Shown here in pieces: positions 29,870-40,031 of a stretch of 64,000 nucleotides of DNA; the first letter of the stretch is position 1; each line of letters starts with the position of its first letter. Source of the stretch: Bacteroidota bacterium (GTDB lineage Bacteria; Bacteroidota; Bacteroidia; NS11-12g; UBA955); contig SYIL01000030.1 of NCBI GenBank assembly GCA_005798825.1, positions 17,798-81,797 on the forward strand. The letters are read 5' to 3'. The notes below the pieces were generated by a model. That model did no database searches. It saw only the letters and a program-made list of their open reading frames with translations, and was not told the DNA's origin. The position numbers and the translations under genes were made by a program.

Positions 29870-30073
29870 TTATATCTCAGGCAAGGGGGGGCTGATGTCT
29901 GCATCCAATTGTTTACCATAGGCAATGTATTTGGGAGTGAATGGACAATGTCTGCAGCCACTACCGCAGCAGTATCCGCGTTTTTTGTGGAAGTCGGCTG
30001 TAAAAACCGTAAAACCATTTTCTGTGTAGAAATCAGATTTCGGCGCGGGCTTATTTTTGTGTGAGTGACGCAT
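29870..30073 (-). CDS. Small conserved Cys-motif protein (DUF5522-like, YCCGSGCRHCPF)
   Basis: 67 aa basic protein with a C-C-x-x-x-C-x-x-C cluster. Sits between secA and purH on the same strand. Confidence 0.5.
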   Translation of the reverse strand: MRHSHKNKPAPKSDFYTENGFTVFTADFHKKRGYCCGSGCRHCPFTPKYIAYGKQLDADISPPLPEI

Positions 30074-30187
30074 ACTGTAACTGAGCGATTACACCCAGAG
30101 CCAATTTGGGTTCTTGTATTCTGTAAAGAAGAACGCAAGACATAGTAACCCTATAAAGATTTTGTCCAAGGGTTTGAATGATTCGTA

Positions 30188-33100
30188 TTAATCTTTTCCA
30201 TGGCAGGCTTTAAATTTTTTGCCACTGCCACACGGACAGGGTTCATTTCGGCCAATTTTTGCTTCATGAACGATTGGCGCTTGAATTACGCGTGGCGCTT
30301 GAATTTCTGAAGGGTCTACTGATATTGATTCTAGAGGTTGGGCTATTTCTTGGCGGCTGGTTTGTGTTTTGGGTTCTATGCGTTTTTGTTGAGGCCTAGC
30401 TTCTTCCATTTCGTTGTCTTGCTGAATTCGTGCCCTAAACAACATTCCCAATACTTGTTGGTTGATGCGTTGTAACATTTTGCCAAACAAAGCAAAACTT
30501 TCAATTTTGTATATTAACAGGGGGTCTTTTTGCTCATATTGCGCATTGTATGAACTTTGTTTTAATTCATCCAATTCGCGTAAATGTTCTTTCCATTCGT
30601 CATCTAAAACTTCCAAAGTAGTTGATTTTTCAAGTTCTTGGATCATACAACGGCATTCAGTATTGAGTGCATTGTCTAGGTTTACGGTGAGCTGATAATT
30701 TTGCAATCCATCGGTCATTGGAACGATTACATTCTCGATTCGGTCTCCCTGTTTTTCTCTGATATTTTTAAATACGGGATAGGCTTTTTTACCTAAGTTT
30801 TCAGATTTCTTTTGGTAATTTAGGGTGAGATGATCAAAAAGTGTATCGACGAGAATTTCTGAATTAGAAGAATTGAATTCTGTTTCATCAAAGGGTAAGG
30901 ATTGGGCAAGTGATCGAATAAGTTCCATCTCAAGATCTTGGTATGTTCCATTTTCTTTATTTTGTTCAACGAGTTCATTACACCAGTTGTACAGCATATT
31001 TCTCAGATCAATGCTCAATCGCTCGCCAAATAGAGCACTGCTGCGCATGCGGTAAATATTTGTGCGCTGTTTGTTCATGACATCATCGTATTCCAGTAAA
31101 CGTTTGCGAATTCCGAAGTTGTTTTGCTCCATGCGCTTTTGGTTGCGCTCGATAGTTTGGGTCATCATTTTATTTTCGATAACGTCATCCTCACCATATC
31201 CAAACCGATCCATTAATTTGCTTACTCTTTCCGAACCAAAAATGCGCATTAAATCGTCTTCCAAACTCACGTAAAAACGCGAGGTTCCGGGATCGCCTTG
31301 ACGACCTGCGCGGCCTCTTAATTGCCTGTCAACCCTTCTGCTATCGTGTCGTTCTGTACCAATAATTGCCAATCCACCAAGGGCTTTTACCCCATCATCA
31401 ATTTTGATATCAGTTCCCCGACCAGCCATGTTTGTAGCAATCGTTACTGCCGATTTATAACCAGCTTCTGCAACAATTTCAGCTTCTCGTTGGTGTTGTT
31501 TTGCATTTAAAACATTGTGTTTGATACCACGAAGTTTTAACATTCTGCTGAGCAATTCACTCACTTCAACCGAAGTTGTTCCAACCAAAATTGGTCTTCC
31601 AGCGGCAGTTAAGGTAACAATTTCTTCGATAACGGCATTGTATTTGGCCCTCTTTGATTTGTATACCAAGTCTTCTTGGTCAAGTCTTGCAATCGGTCGA
31701 TTGGTCGGAATAACCATGACCCCCAATTTGTAAATATCCCATAATTCTTGGGATTCGGTTTCAGCTGTTCCGGTCATTCCTGCCAATTTGTGGTACATCC
31801 GAAAGTAATTTTGCAAGGTTATGGTGGCATAGGTTTGTGTAGCAGCTTCAACCCGAACATTTTCTTTGGCCTCAATGGCTTGGTGGAGTCCATCGGAATA
31901 TCGTCTGCCTTCCATTACACGACCTGTTTGTTCATCCACAATTTTTACCTTTCCATCGACCAAAATATATTCGACGTCTCTTTCGAAAAGTGTATAGGCT
32001 TTAAGCAATTGTTGAACCGAATGAATGCGCTCACTTTTTTCAGAAAAGTCTTGCATTAAACGGTCTTTTAATTCGAATTTGTCGGTATCATTCACGCCAA
32101 GGCGTTCGATTTCTGCCATTTCAAATCCCACATCTGGAAGCACAAAGAAATTTGGATCTGATTCTCCTTGGGTTATTAATTCGAGGCCTTTTTCGGTAAG
32201 CTCAACATTGTTTGTTTTTTCTTCAATCGTAAAATACAGGGGAATATCTGCCAAAGGCATTTCCTTTTGTTGGTCTTGAAGATAGTAATTCTCAGTTTTT
32301 GTAAGAATACTCCTTATACCTGTTTCACCCAGAAATTTAATCAGCGCTTTGTATTTGGGTAATCCACGGAATGCCCGCAAAAGTGCTAAACCACCTTCAC
32401 CTTCTTTGTGTCCGTTTTTTCCTTCAGCCAATAATTTTTTTGCTTCAACCAAAGCGGTATTTACGAATTTTTTTTGTGAGTCGACCAACTTTTCTATTCT
32501 GGGCTTCAAGGACTCAAATTGTTGTATATCCCCTTTTGGGGTGGGTCCGCTAATGATCAATGGTGTACGGGCATCGTCAATCAATACACTGTCTGCTTCA
32601 TCAATCATAGCAAAATGGTGTTTGCGTTGAACTTGTTCTTGCGGAGTATGGGCCATATTATCACGCAAATAATCAAATCCAAATTCGTTATTGGTTCCGT
32701 ATGTTATGTCGGCCAAGTAAGCATTTCGCCTTTCTTTGCTATTGGGGTGGTGATTTTCCAAGCAATCCACACTCAGTCCAAGAAAATTGTAGAGTGGGGC
32801 ATTCCATTCACTATCCCGGCGAGACAAATAATCGTTAACTGTAACCATATGCACCCCTCTTTTTCCCAATGCATTTAGGTATGCCGGGAGTGTACTCACC
32901 AGGGTTTTTCCTTCTCCAGTACCCATTTCCGAAATTTTCCCTCTATGCAATACAACACCGCCAATCAATTGAACATCATAATGTACCATATTCCATCGGA
33001 TGAGCCCACCCGCAGCAGTCCATTCATTTTTGTATGTCACTTTGCCATTTTCAATGCTGATATGCGGACAAGTTTCGGACAACAATTGATCGAGATCATT

Positions 33101-33511
33101 GGCAGTGGCCTGTAATTCGGAATTTTCAGAAAATCGACGAGAAGTTTCTTTTACCACAGCAAACGCTTCAGGCAAAAGCATATTTAATATTTCTTCTAAA
33201 TCGACATCTCGTTTTTTTTCTAATTCGTCAAGGTTTTGAAAAATGCTGTCACGAAGTTCAATATTCGATTCGTCTGTTTCGTCCAATTGTTTTTTAAAAT
33301 CGGATATGTCGTTGTCGGTTGATTGCAAATGCTGGTTAATTCTACCGATAAACTCACCTGTTTTAGACCTTAAATCATCGTTGCTCAACGAGGAATAAGA
33401 GTTGAAAAAGACGTTTATTTCAGAAATGATGGGTTCTATCTCCTTGAGTGCTTTTTCGGCTTGAGATCCACCCAGCAATTTGGAAAATGTTTTTAGAATC
33501 TTGGCAATCAT
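30188..33511 (-). CDS. secA: Preprotein translocase ATPase SecA
   Basis: 1107 aa. DEAD-like motor motifs and the C-terminal zinc finger 'CPCGSGKKFKACHG'. Confidence 0.95.
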   Translation of the reverse strand: MIAKILKTFSKLLGGSQAEKALKEIEPIISEINVFFNSYSSLSNDDLRSKTGEFIGRINQHLQSTDNDISDFKKQLDETDESNIELRDSIFQNLDELEKKRDVDLEEILNMLLPEAFAVVKETSRRFSENSELQATANDLDQLLSETCPHISIENGKVTYKNEWTAAGGLIRWNMVHYDVQLIGGVVLHRGKISEMGTGEGKTLVSTLPAYLNALGKRGVHMVTVNDYLSRRDSEWNAPLYNFLGLSVDCLENHHPNSKERRNAYLADITYGTNNEFGFDYLRDNMAHTPQEQVQRKHHFAMIDEADSVLIDDARTPLIISGPTPKGDIQQFESLKPRIEKLVDSQKKFVNTALVEAKKLLAEGKNGHKEGEGGLALLRAFRGLPKYKALIKFLGETGIRSILTKTENYYLQDQQKEMPLADIPLYFTIEEKTNNVELTEKGLELITQGESDPNFFVLPDVGFEMAEIERLGVNDTDKFELKDRLMQDFSEKSERIHSVQQLLKAYTLFERDVEYILVDGKVKIVDEQTGRVMEGRRYSDGLHQAIEAKENVRVEAATQTYATITLQNYFRMYHKLAGMTGTAETESQELWDIYKLGVMVIPTNRPIARLDQEDLVYKSKRAKYNAVIEEIVTLTAAGRPILVGTTSVEVSELLSRMLKLRGIKHNVLNAKQHQREAEIVAEAGYKSAVTIATNMAGRGTDIKIDDGVKALGGLAIIGTERHDSRRVDRQLRGRAGRQGDPGTSRFYVSLEDDLMRIFGSERVSKLMDRFGYGEDDVIENKMMTQTIERNQKRMEQNNFGIRKRLLEYDDVMNKQRTNIYRMRSSALFGERLSIDLRNMLYNWCNELVEQNKENGTYQDLEMELIRSLAQSLPFDETEFNSSNSEILVDTLFDHLTLNYQKKSENLGKKAYPVFKNIREKQGDRIENVIVPMTDGLQNYQLTVNLDNALNTECRCMIQELEKSTTLEVLDDEWKEHLRELDELKQSSYNAQYEQKDPLLIYKIESFALFGKMLQRINQQVLGMLFRARIQQDNEMEEARPQQKRIEPKTQTSRQEIAQPLESISVDPSEIQAPRVIQAPIVHEAKIGRNEPCPCGSGKKFKACHGKD

Positions 33512-33709
33512 ATTATTTGTTGCGAAAATAAGCTTAATTTGTCTTTGCTAAAATCTTGCCACGCAATTAATGTGACGAAATGACCGAATTCATATGCTAA
33601 AGCCTCACGGCACGTGTTCAATATTCTTGGTGGTAAGCAGTGTAAATACTCCTTTTTACATTGTCCACACAACAGTAAACACTTTCTAATAAAGTTTGTT
33701 ATAGCTTAT

Positions 33710-36169
33710 ATGTTGCGATTTTTATTCATTGTAAATTCATTCCTGATTTTCAATTTTGGGTATTCTCAGATATTGATCAAGGGACGCGTGATTGACCAAA
33801 ATACTCGAAAACCCCTCAAAGGTGTTCTTGTTTTTCTGGATGGCTTATCTGATTCGGTAAGAAGCAATACCAATGGAGATTTTGAAATTGGCAAGGCTGA
33901 ACCAGGGTTCCATATATTGTATGCGTTGTTCGATGGTTTTAAATCTTCTTCATCGCCCGAGCAATTATTTACTTTTGACAAATCTCCATTTGTAGAAATT
34001 GAAATGGAGTCGCTTGCTTCCGAGATAGGTGAGGTTCGTATACTCAAATCTACATTGCAAACGAGAGAGGCAGAAAGTCCGGTTTCATCGCAAAAGTTAA
34101 GCATTCGTGAAATAGAACGCAATCCTGGTGGAAACCGCGATATTTCTAAAATTATTCAAAGTTTACCCGGGGTGGTTTGCATTCCAGGGTTCCGAAATGA
34201 TGTGGTCATCCGCGGTGGGGCTCCTTCAGAAAACAAATTTTATTTGGATGGTATAGAAATCCCCATTATCAATCATTTTCAGACCCAAGGTAGTACCGGC
34301 GGACCTGTTGGTATGCTCAATGTAAATTTCATTAAAGAGGTCAATTTTTATACTGGAGCATTTCCAGTAAACTTTGCCAATGGGTTGAGTAGTGTTTTGG
34401 ATTTTCGTCAAATCGATGGTAATTCCAAGAAGTCGAAATTCAGATTTTCTCTTGGAAGTAGCGATTTGGGATTTACCGCGGATGGACCGTTAGGAAAAAA
34501 GGTCTCTTATATTTTTTCTGCCAGACAGAGTTATTTACAGGGATTATTTTCTGTGTTGGGCTTGCCTTTTTTACCCAATTTTATTGATTATCAGGCCAAG
34601 GTAAAATGGAAACTCAACGAGAAAGATGACATTACTTTTTTAATGATAGGGGCAGTCGATTTTTTCAAATTAAATTTGGGAGTTAACGACAAGATTACAG
34701 ATAGTATCAAACTGAAAACCAATCAGTTTATTTTGGGTTATTTACCAGTGTATCGTCAATGGAACTACACGGTAGGGTCGGTATATACACATTATGGTCT
34801 ACAATCAAAGACCCAATTGTTCGCAAGCCGCAATATGCTCAGCAACTCATTCTATAAATACCGAAATAACGATGAGCGTGTTGAGGGCAATCGCATTTTT
34901 TCCTATTCTAGCACGGAAGAAGAGAATAGGTTTCGCATCGAAAATTTTCGCACCAAAGGATCTTGGAAATTACTGATAGGCGGGGGTTTAGAGTTTGTTC
35001 AATACTGGGTTGATAACAATGCAAAAGTGCTTGTTCCGGGTGCACCAGGATCTCCCGGTAGTAGCAAGGATATTGTATTTAAAAGCAATTTGGAACTGTT
35101 TAAATACAGTGGGTTTTTTCGAGCATACCGCTCCTTGATGGGCAATGGAACATTCAATATTTCAACCAGATTAGATGCATCCAATTATAATAAAAACATC
35201 AGAAATCCTTTAAATCAGCCTACCATTTCTGTCGGCGTGAGTTTGCCAACTCCCGTAAAAGGCATTTTTGTTAATGGTTCTCTTGGACAGTTTTTTCAGT
35301 TGCCATCCTATACTATACTAGGATATCGCAAAGGGCCTTCTAATTTTTTCCCTCCTGATCCAGCTTGGGTGCCTGGTGATTTAGAAAATAAAGACCGTGT
35401 GAAATACATCCGAAATCGAACGATTGCCCTTGGTTTGCAATCCAACCAAATAAAAGATACAAGGATAACCTTGGAGGGATTTTATAAGCAATATGCCAAT
35501 TATCCATTTGCCCTACGCGACAGCATTTGTTTGGGGAATCTGGGGACTGATTTTGCCGTATTGGGAAATGAGCCTGTGGCCTCTGTTAGTGACGGGAAAG
35601 CTTATGGAATTGAGTTTTTGGTGCAGCGCAGAAGTCGTTCTGGTCTTTATGGCATCGTAGCGTATACCTTGAGTTGGAGTGAATTCAATGATAAAAATGG
35701 AAAGTCAGTACAAAGTGCTTGGGATAGCAGACATACCCTGAGTTTGGTGGGTGGACTTAAAATGAAGCGCAATTGGGAAATAGGTGCCAAATACAGAATT
35801 GCCAGTGGACGTCCCTATACACCCGACGATATACAGCGTAGTTTGGTGCAAACCAATTGGGACATCAGGGGAACCGCATTGCCCAATTATTCTTTGCTAA
35901 ATACCCAACGTTTGAAGACCTTCACCCAATTGGATATTCGTGTAGACAAAGTATGGTATTTTAAATCATCGTCCTTAAATCTCTATTTGGATATCCAAAA
36001 TGCCTTAAATTCGGTTTACAGTGGACCACAGACCTTAATTGCAGCGCAAGATGGGGCTGGTAAATTGATAACAGATTCTTCGGCCGCAGTTCCTTCCTAT
36101 AAGAGTGAGTTTTTACCCAATAATAGTGGGTTTTTACAACCGTCTATTGGTGTAATTTGGGATTTTTAA
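33710..36169 (+). CDS. TonB-dependent outer-membrane receptor with N-terminal carboxypeptidase-regulatory-like domain
   Basis: Signal peptide MLRFLFIVNSFLIFNFGYSQ. 'IKGRVID...GVLV' CarbopepD_reg, a plug region and a long beta-barrel ending in aromatic residues (VIWDF). The ORF is open from a GTG at 33614 but the ATG at ~33710 is preferred. Confidence 0.75.
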   Translation: MLRFLFIVNSFLIFNFGYSQILIKGRVIDQNTRKPLKGVLVFLDGLSDSVRSNTNGDFEIGKAEPGFHILYALFDGFKSSSSPEQLFTFDKSPFVEIEMESLASEIGEVRILKSTLQTREAESPVSSQKLSIREIERNPGGNRDISKIIQSLPGVVCIPGFRNDVVIRGGAPSENKFYLDGIEIPIINHFQTQGSTGGPVGMLNVNFIKEVNFYTGAFPVNFANGLSSVLDFRQIDGNSKKSKFRFSLGSSDLGFTADGPLGKKVSYIFSARQSYLQGLFSVLGLPFLPNFIDYQAKVKWKLNEKDDITFLMIGAVDFFKLNLGVNDKITDSIKLKTNQFILGYLPVYRQWNYTVGSVYTHYGLQSKTQLFASRNMLSNSFYKYRNNDERVEGNRIFSYSSTEEENRFRIENFRTKGSWKLLIGGGLEFVQYWVDNNAKVLVPGAPGSPGSSKDIVFKSNLELFKYSGFFRAYRSLMGNGTFNISTRLDASNYNKNIRNPLNQPTISVGVSLPTPVKGIFVNGSLGQFFQLPSYTILGYRKGPSNFFPPDPAWVPGDLENKDRVKYIRNRTIALGLQSNQIKDTRITLEGFYKQYANYPFALRDSICLGNLGTDFAVLGNEPVASVSDGKAYGIEFLVQRRSRSGLYGIVAYTLSWSEFNDKNGKSVQSAWDSRHTLSLVGGLKMKRNWEIGAKYRIASGRPYTPDDIQRSLVQTNWDIRGTALPNYSLLNTQRLKTFTQLDIRVDKVWYFKSSSLNLYLDIQNALNSVYSGPQTLIAAQDGAGKLITDSSAAVPSYKSEFLPNNSGFLQPSIGVIWDF

Positions 36170-36356
36170 TCGGTTTCTATACCCCAGGCAAGGTGGTCAA
36201 AGTGATGATGGAATCCTAACAATTTATTTGCCCTTGCTAATAGCATTACATATTGTCTTTCGCAAAGTTTTTGAATACGCGGCAGGGTGATACAAAATTA
36301 ATAGTCATAGGCAATCCCAACTGTGTCGGATGAATGCGTATTGTGGGGATTTTTCA

Positions 36357-36382
36357 CTCAAAATCAATCAATCAATCAATCA
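36357..36382. repeat. Tetranucleotide microsatellite (AATC)5 spanning the hemW stop codon
   Basis: tcaAAATCAATCAATCAATCAATCatc. On the minus strand it reads ...MMID-stop(TGA)-TTGATTGATTGA. Confidence 0.5.
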
Positions 36383-37496
36383 TCATTTCAATGGTAATTG
36401 CATCACTTAAAAAACGGGCTGCCGGGTTGATCACCAAACGGTTGTTGTGAATGGAAAGACTTTGTTTTTGAATGAGTCTGTCAATGGTATTTTGTTTACT
36501 TAAAAGATAGCCAGGGTGAAGTTTTTCCAATTCATTCAAATCGGCCCCATCACTTAATCTCAATTGAGTAAGCAAATACTCATTGAATATATCTTTGCCA
36601 CTGAGAATTTCTTCTTCCCACGCAGGCAATTTTTGGTTGATTTGTTTTATGTAAGCGATATTGTTTGAAACATTCCATCGCCTACTATTACCATTAAATG
36701 AATGGGCAGCTGGCCCAATTCCCAAGTACATTTTCCCTTGCCAATAATTGCTATTGTGGATGGCTCGTTTACCATCTTTACACAGATTGCTGATTTCATA
36801 ATGATCCCAGTTATTGTGGATGGCCCAATTACGCAAATAGTTAAATTGTTGGGCTGCATGGTCATCAGCGATGGGCTGCATTTTTTTTTGATTTACCCAG
36901 TTTCCAAAAACTGTTTTTTCTTCGATTGTTAGAGCATAACAGCTAAGGTGGCTAATTTGAGTGTCAAGAATCCACTGAAGTTCAGATTGCCATTGGGGCA
37001 TAGTTTTTTTTTCAGATCCGTAAATCAGATCAAGGCTCAATTGAAAAAATCCGAGGGATTGGGCTAATAATACTGCATTTTTGGATTGCGATACAGAATG
37101 CGATCGGTTCATCCAAAGCAATTCGGAATCTTGAAGGCTTTGAACACCGATACTCAATCGTTGGATGCCCATAGATTTCCATGCAAATAAATTCTCCTTG
37201 TGAATGTCTTCGGGATTCGCTTCAAGGGTCGTTTCTGTAATACTATCCGTATTAAAATACCTGTTAATTGAATCAACAATGCGCCCAAGGAGATTTTGAG
37301 GAAGCAAGGATGGACTGCCACCTCCAAAATAAAGGGTATTTAAAGGCTGAGAAGATAAATAGGGATGATTCTGTTTTATATCTTGACAAATCGCATCCAC
37401 CATAGGTTCTATATATTTTAGCTGTGTGCTGAAATGAAAATTGCAATAATTGCAGGCTTTTCTGCAGAAAGGGATATGAATATACAATCCAGCCAT
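36372..37496 (-). CDS. hemW: Radical SAM heme chaperone HemW (HemN-like, oxygen-independent coproporphyrinogen oxidase family)
   Basis: 374 aa. N-terminal 'YIHIPFCRKACNYCNF' CxxxCxxC radical-SAM cluster motif. Confidence 0.85.
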   Translation of the reverse strand: MAGLYIHIPFCRKACNYCNFHFSTQLKYIEPMVDAICQDIKQNHPYLSSQPLNTLYFGGGSPSLLPQNLLGRIVDSINRYFNTDSITETTLEANPEDIHKENLFAWKSMGIQRLSIGVQSLQDSELLWMNRSHSVSQSKNAVLLAQSLGFFQLSLDLIYGSEKKTMPQWQSELQWILDTQISHLSCYALTIEEKTVFGNWVNQKKMQPIADDHAAQQFNYLRNWAIHNNWDHYEISNLCKDGKRAIHNSNYWQGKMYLGIGPAAHSFNGNSRRWNVSNNIAYIKQINQKLPAWEEEILSGKDIFNEYLLTQLRLSDGADLNELEKLHPGYLLSKQNTIDRLIQKQSLSIHNNRLVINPAARFLSDAITIEMMID

Positions 37497-37575
37497 GGAT
37501 TCAAAGTTCAGTCTTTTTACCTTTCAAACCATTGATTTATGAGTTGCCGGGATATCTTCTTATTTTTGCAAAGCA

Positions 37576-38622
37576 TTGCATTTTCATATATCAAATAGTA
37601 GATCTCATATTGGCGTCCATTTTTTGGTAGGGATGTTTGTGTTTTTTATTTTCTTTCAGACTGTCAATGCACAATCAAATCGGCTAGAAAGAGATACGTT
37701 AACACGCAATTCAATCAATAACAAAGAAAATATTGAAAGAAAGTCTTCAAAGCGATACATCAATGGCAAGATTTTTTCTATTGATTCATTGAAAATAAAG
37801 CCGGATTCATTTCAACATGCACTTTTTTTGAGGGGGCTCAATTTTTATGATTCCTTAAAGGCTGGACTTCTGGATCATAAAACACAGTCGATTGCTGGAC
37901 CTTATTTTAGTGATACTGTGGTATACAATTTTAATGATCCTTTCAATCCGTTTAACAATAAAGTTTTTTATCGAAAAGATCAGGGCAAATTTTGGTTCTT
38001 CGGGATGTGTCTTATTGTGTTTGTGGTTTTTATTTTTTACCGAAATGTTTATTCAAAGCAATTTCTACTCAGATGGAAAAGTGTGTACAATTCATATTTT
38101 TTTAATGAATTGATCGCAGACAATAGCGTAACAATTTTCAACCCTGGCTCAGTGGTTGTTCTGATTTTATCACAAGCAGTATTCGCAATGGGCGTAATGC
38201 TTTATTTTATTTTTAATGATTTTTTATATTTAAACAATTTTGGGGTCTTTGTAGTGTTGTATCTGCTGATGCTACTATTGGTTATAGGACTCCAGTGTAT
38301 ACAATATTTATTTACGGCGAGTCTGGGATTTGAGGTTTTATTGCGCCGACAATTGCAAAGACAATTGAATATCAATTTTATTCTGGCTTTGGTATGTTTT
38401 CCTCTTTTTTTGTTGGCGTATTATTCTGGCTATAAACTTCAGTATGTTGCCCTATCCGAACTTGTGTCATTTGTACTTGTATTCTGGATGGTTTTGCGTT
38501 CTGCCATTGTTTTCATAGGCATGTTTCAAGATCGGGAGTTAAATCCCCTCACATTTTTGTATTTTTGTACTTTCGAAATCTTGCCTTATGCTATTTTCTT
38601 CATAATTATATCACGAATCTGA
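37576..38622 (+). CDS. Polytopic membrane protein (DUF4271-like), upstream partner of hemD
   Basis: 348 aa. Signal and periplasmic segment, then about 6 TM helices. A possible alternative start is at ~37633. Confidence 0.5.
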   Translation: MHFHISNSRSHIGVHFLVGMFVFFIFFQTVNAQSNRLERDTLTRNSINNKENIERKSSKRYINGKIFSIDSLKIKPDSFQHALFLRGLNFYDSLKAGLLDHKTQSIAGPYFSDTVVYNFNDPFNPFNNKVFYRKDQGKFWFFGMCLIVFVVFIFYRNVYSKQFLLRWKSVYNSYFFNELIADNSVTIFNPGSVVVLILSQAVFAMGVMLYFIFNDFLYLNNFGVFVVLYLLMLLLVIGLQCIQYLFTASLGFEVLLRRQLQRQLNINFILALVCFPLFLLAYYSGYKLQYVALSELVSFVLVFWMVLRSAIVFIGMFQDRELNPLTFLYFCTFEILPYAIFFIIISRI

Positions 38623-38627
38623 TTTAT

Positions 38628-39398
38628 ATGGCCTCCTTTGATACAGATCCAATCATCAGAAGTATTTTGATTACCCAGCCTCAGCCAGAGATAGGTAAAA
38701 ATATTTACGAGGAATTTGCCAAGAAATACAAACTCAAAATAGATTTTCGTCCGTTTATTCACATTGAACCAATGGCTCCGCGTGATATTCGGAGGCAAAA
38801 AATCAATTTTAATGAATATTCTGCCATTATATTCAACTCAAGGAACGCGGTAGACTATTTTTTTGCTTTGGTTTCCGAAATGAAACTTGAAATGTCGATT
38901 GAAACGAAGTATTTTTCAATCAACGAAGGGGTTTCAAATTATGTTCAAAAGTATATCGTACCTCGCAAGCGGAAAATGTTTTTTGGCAAATCTACGGAAG
39001 CCGATTTCTTGACATTGTTTAATAAAAAGCATAGTGCTGAAAAATTCCTTTTTCCTTGTTCGGATATTCGCAAGGCGACTATACCCAATCATTTTGCCAA
39101 TTTGGGTTATAGTTTTACAGAATGTGTTATCTACAATACTGTGAGTAGTGATTTAAGTGATTTGTCGGATGTTTTTTATGATGTACTGGTTTTCTTTTCT
39201 CCTGCCGATATTAAAAGTTTGTTCGATAATTTCCCCAATTTTGTTCAAAATAAGACACGGATTGCTGGATTTGGATCTAGTACACACATTGCCATTGCTG
39301 AGCACAATTTGGTTCTCGATATTGTTGCTCCGGCTCCCGGAATTACCAGTATGTTGGGTGCATTAGAAGTCTGTCTTTCGAAGACCAACGGCAAGTAA
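38628..39398 (+). CDS. hemD: Uroporphyrinogen-III synthase (HEM4 family)
   Basis: About 256 aa from the ATG at 38628 (MASFDTDPIIRSILITQP...). Two-lobed HemD-like pattern 'AIIFNSRNAVDYFF'. Weak family-level recognition. Confidence 0.55.
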   Translation: MASFDTDPIIRSILITQPQPEIGKNIYEEFAKKYKLKIDFRPFIHIEPMAPRDIRRQKINFNEYSAIIFNSRNAVDYFFALVSEMKLEMSIETKYFSINEGVSNYVQKYIVPRKRKMFFGKSTEADFLTLFNKKHSAEKFLFPCSDIRKATIPNHFANLGYSFTECVIYNTVSSDLSDLSDVFYDVLVFFSPADIKSLFDNFPNFVQNKTRIAGFGSSTHIAIAEHNLVLDIVAPAPGITSMLGALEVCLSKTNGK

Positions 39399-39468
39399 AC
39401 ACATCCAATGTGTAACTTTTTTTTCAATTTTCTGTTTTATTGAGTTAATTTGTGTAATAATCCTCTAA

Positions 39469-39594
39469 ATGAAAAAATCAACCATCATTATTATTGTAAG
39501 CCTTTTTTTCGGGCTAACCTTCACCCAATGTGGTATTCACAAAAAAGATCGTTGCCCTGAGGTAGGTGCAAAATCTATTTCTGTTCGGCACTAA
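39469..39594 (+). CDS. Small ORF (41 aa) with N-terminal signal-peptide-like segment
   Basis: MKKSTIIIIVSLFFGLTFTQCGIHKKDRCPEVGAKSISVRH. It is below the ORF-track cutoff and has no homology evidence. Confidence 0.25.
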   Translation: MKKSTIIIIVSLFFGLTFTQCGIHKKDRCPEVGAKSISVRH

Positions 39595-39631
39595 ACAAGG
39601 GTTTTAAGATTTATACATTTAAAAAACCGCA

Positions 39632-39991
39632 ATGTCGCCTTATTGGTTTCAGTTAATAGCGTTAAATACGCTTCCTGATATTGTATTAAAATCTGCTGAA
39701 CGACCCCAGATTATGTTTAAACACAGCACTCGTTGCTCCATTAGTACGATGGTTCTCAATCGTTTGTTGTCTCTAAAATCTGATGTGTATTCGGCAGCCG
39801 ATTTTTATTATCTTGATTTGCTATCCCACCGAGATATATCTGCTGCTATTGCCGATACCTTTGACGTTATACATGAATCTCCTCAGATAATTGTCTTGCA
39901 CAATGGAGAGGCGATTTACGATGCCTCACACAATCAAATCAATGCCCAAGACCTTGCTGAAGTAATAAACAACTTACAGCGTGACCAATAG
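39632..39991 (+). CDS. Thioredoxin-fold protein, YtxJ/DUF2847-like (monothiol 'TRCSIS' motif)
   Basis: 119 aa. The single redox-type motif 'KHSTRCSIS' resembles the TCPIS motif of YtxJ-family proteins. Confidence 0.45.
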   Translation: MSPYWFQLIALNTLPDIVLKSAERPQIMFKHSTRCSISTMVLNRLLSLKSDVYSAADFYYLDLLSHRDISAAIADTFDVIHESPQIIVLHNGEAIYDASHNQINAQDLAEVINNLQRDQ

Positions 39992-40031
39992 ATAATTTAG
40001 TTGTACGATTCCTAAAGACAATACATTTATA

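Noticed and set aside
30462-32878. Series of 60-120-aa plus-strand ORFs inside secA
   Set aside because: They are all antisense to the SecA coding sequence. SecA is unambiguous, so these are shadow ORFs.
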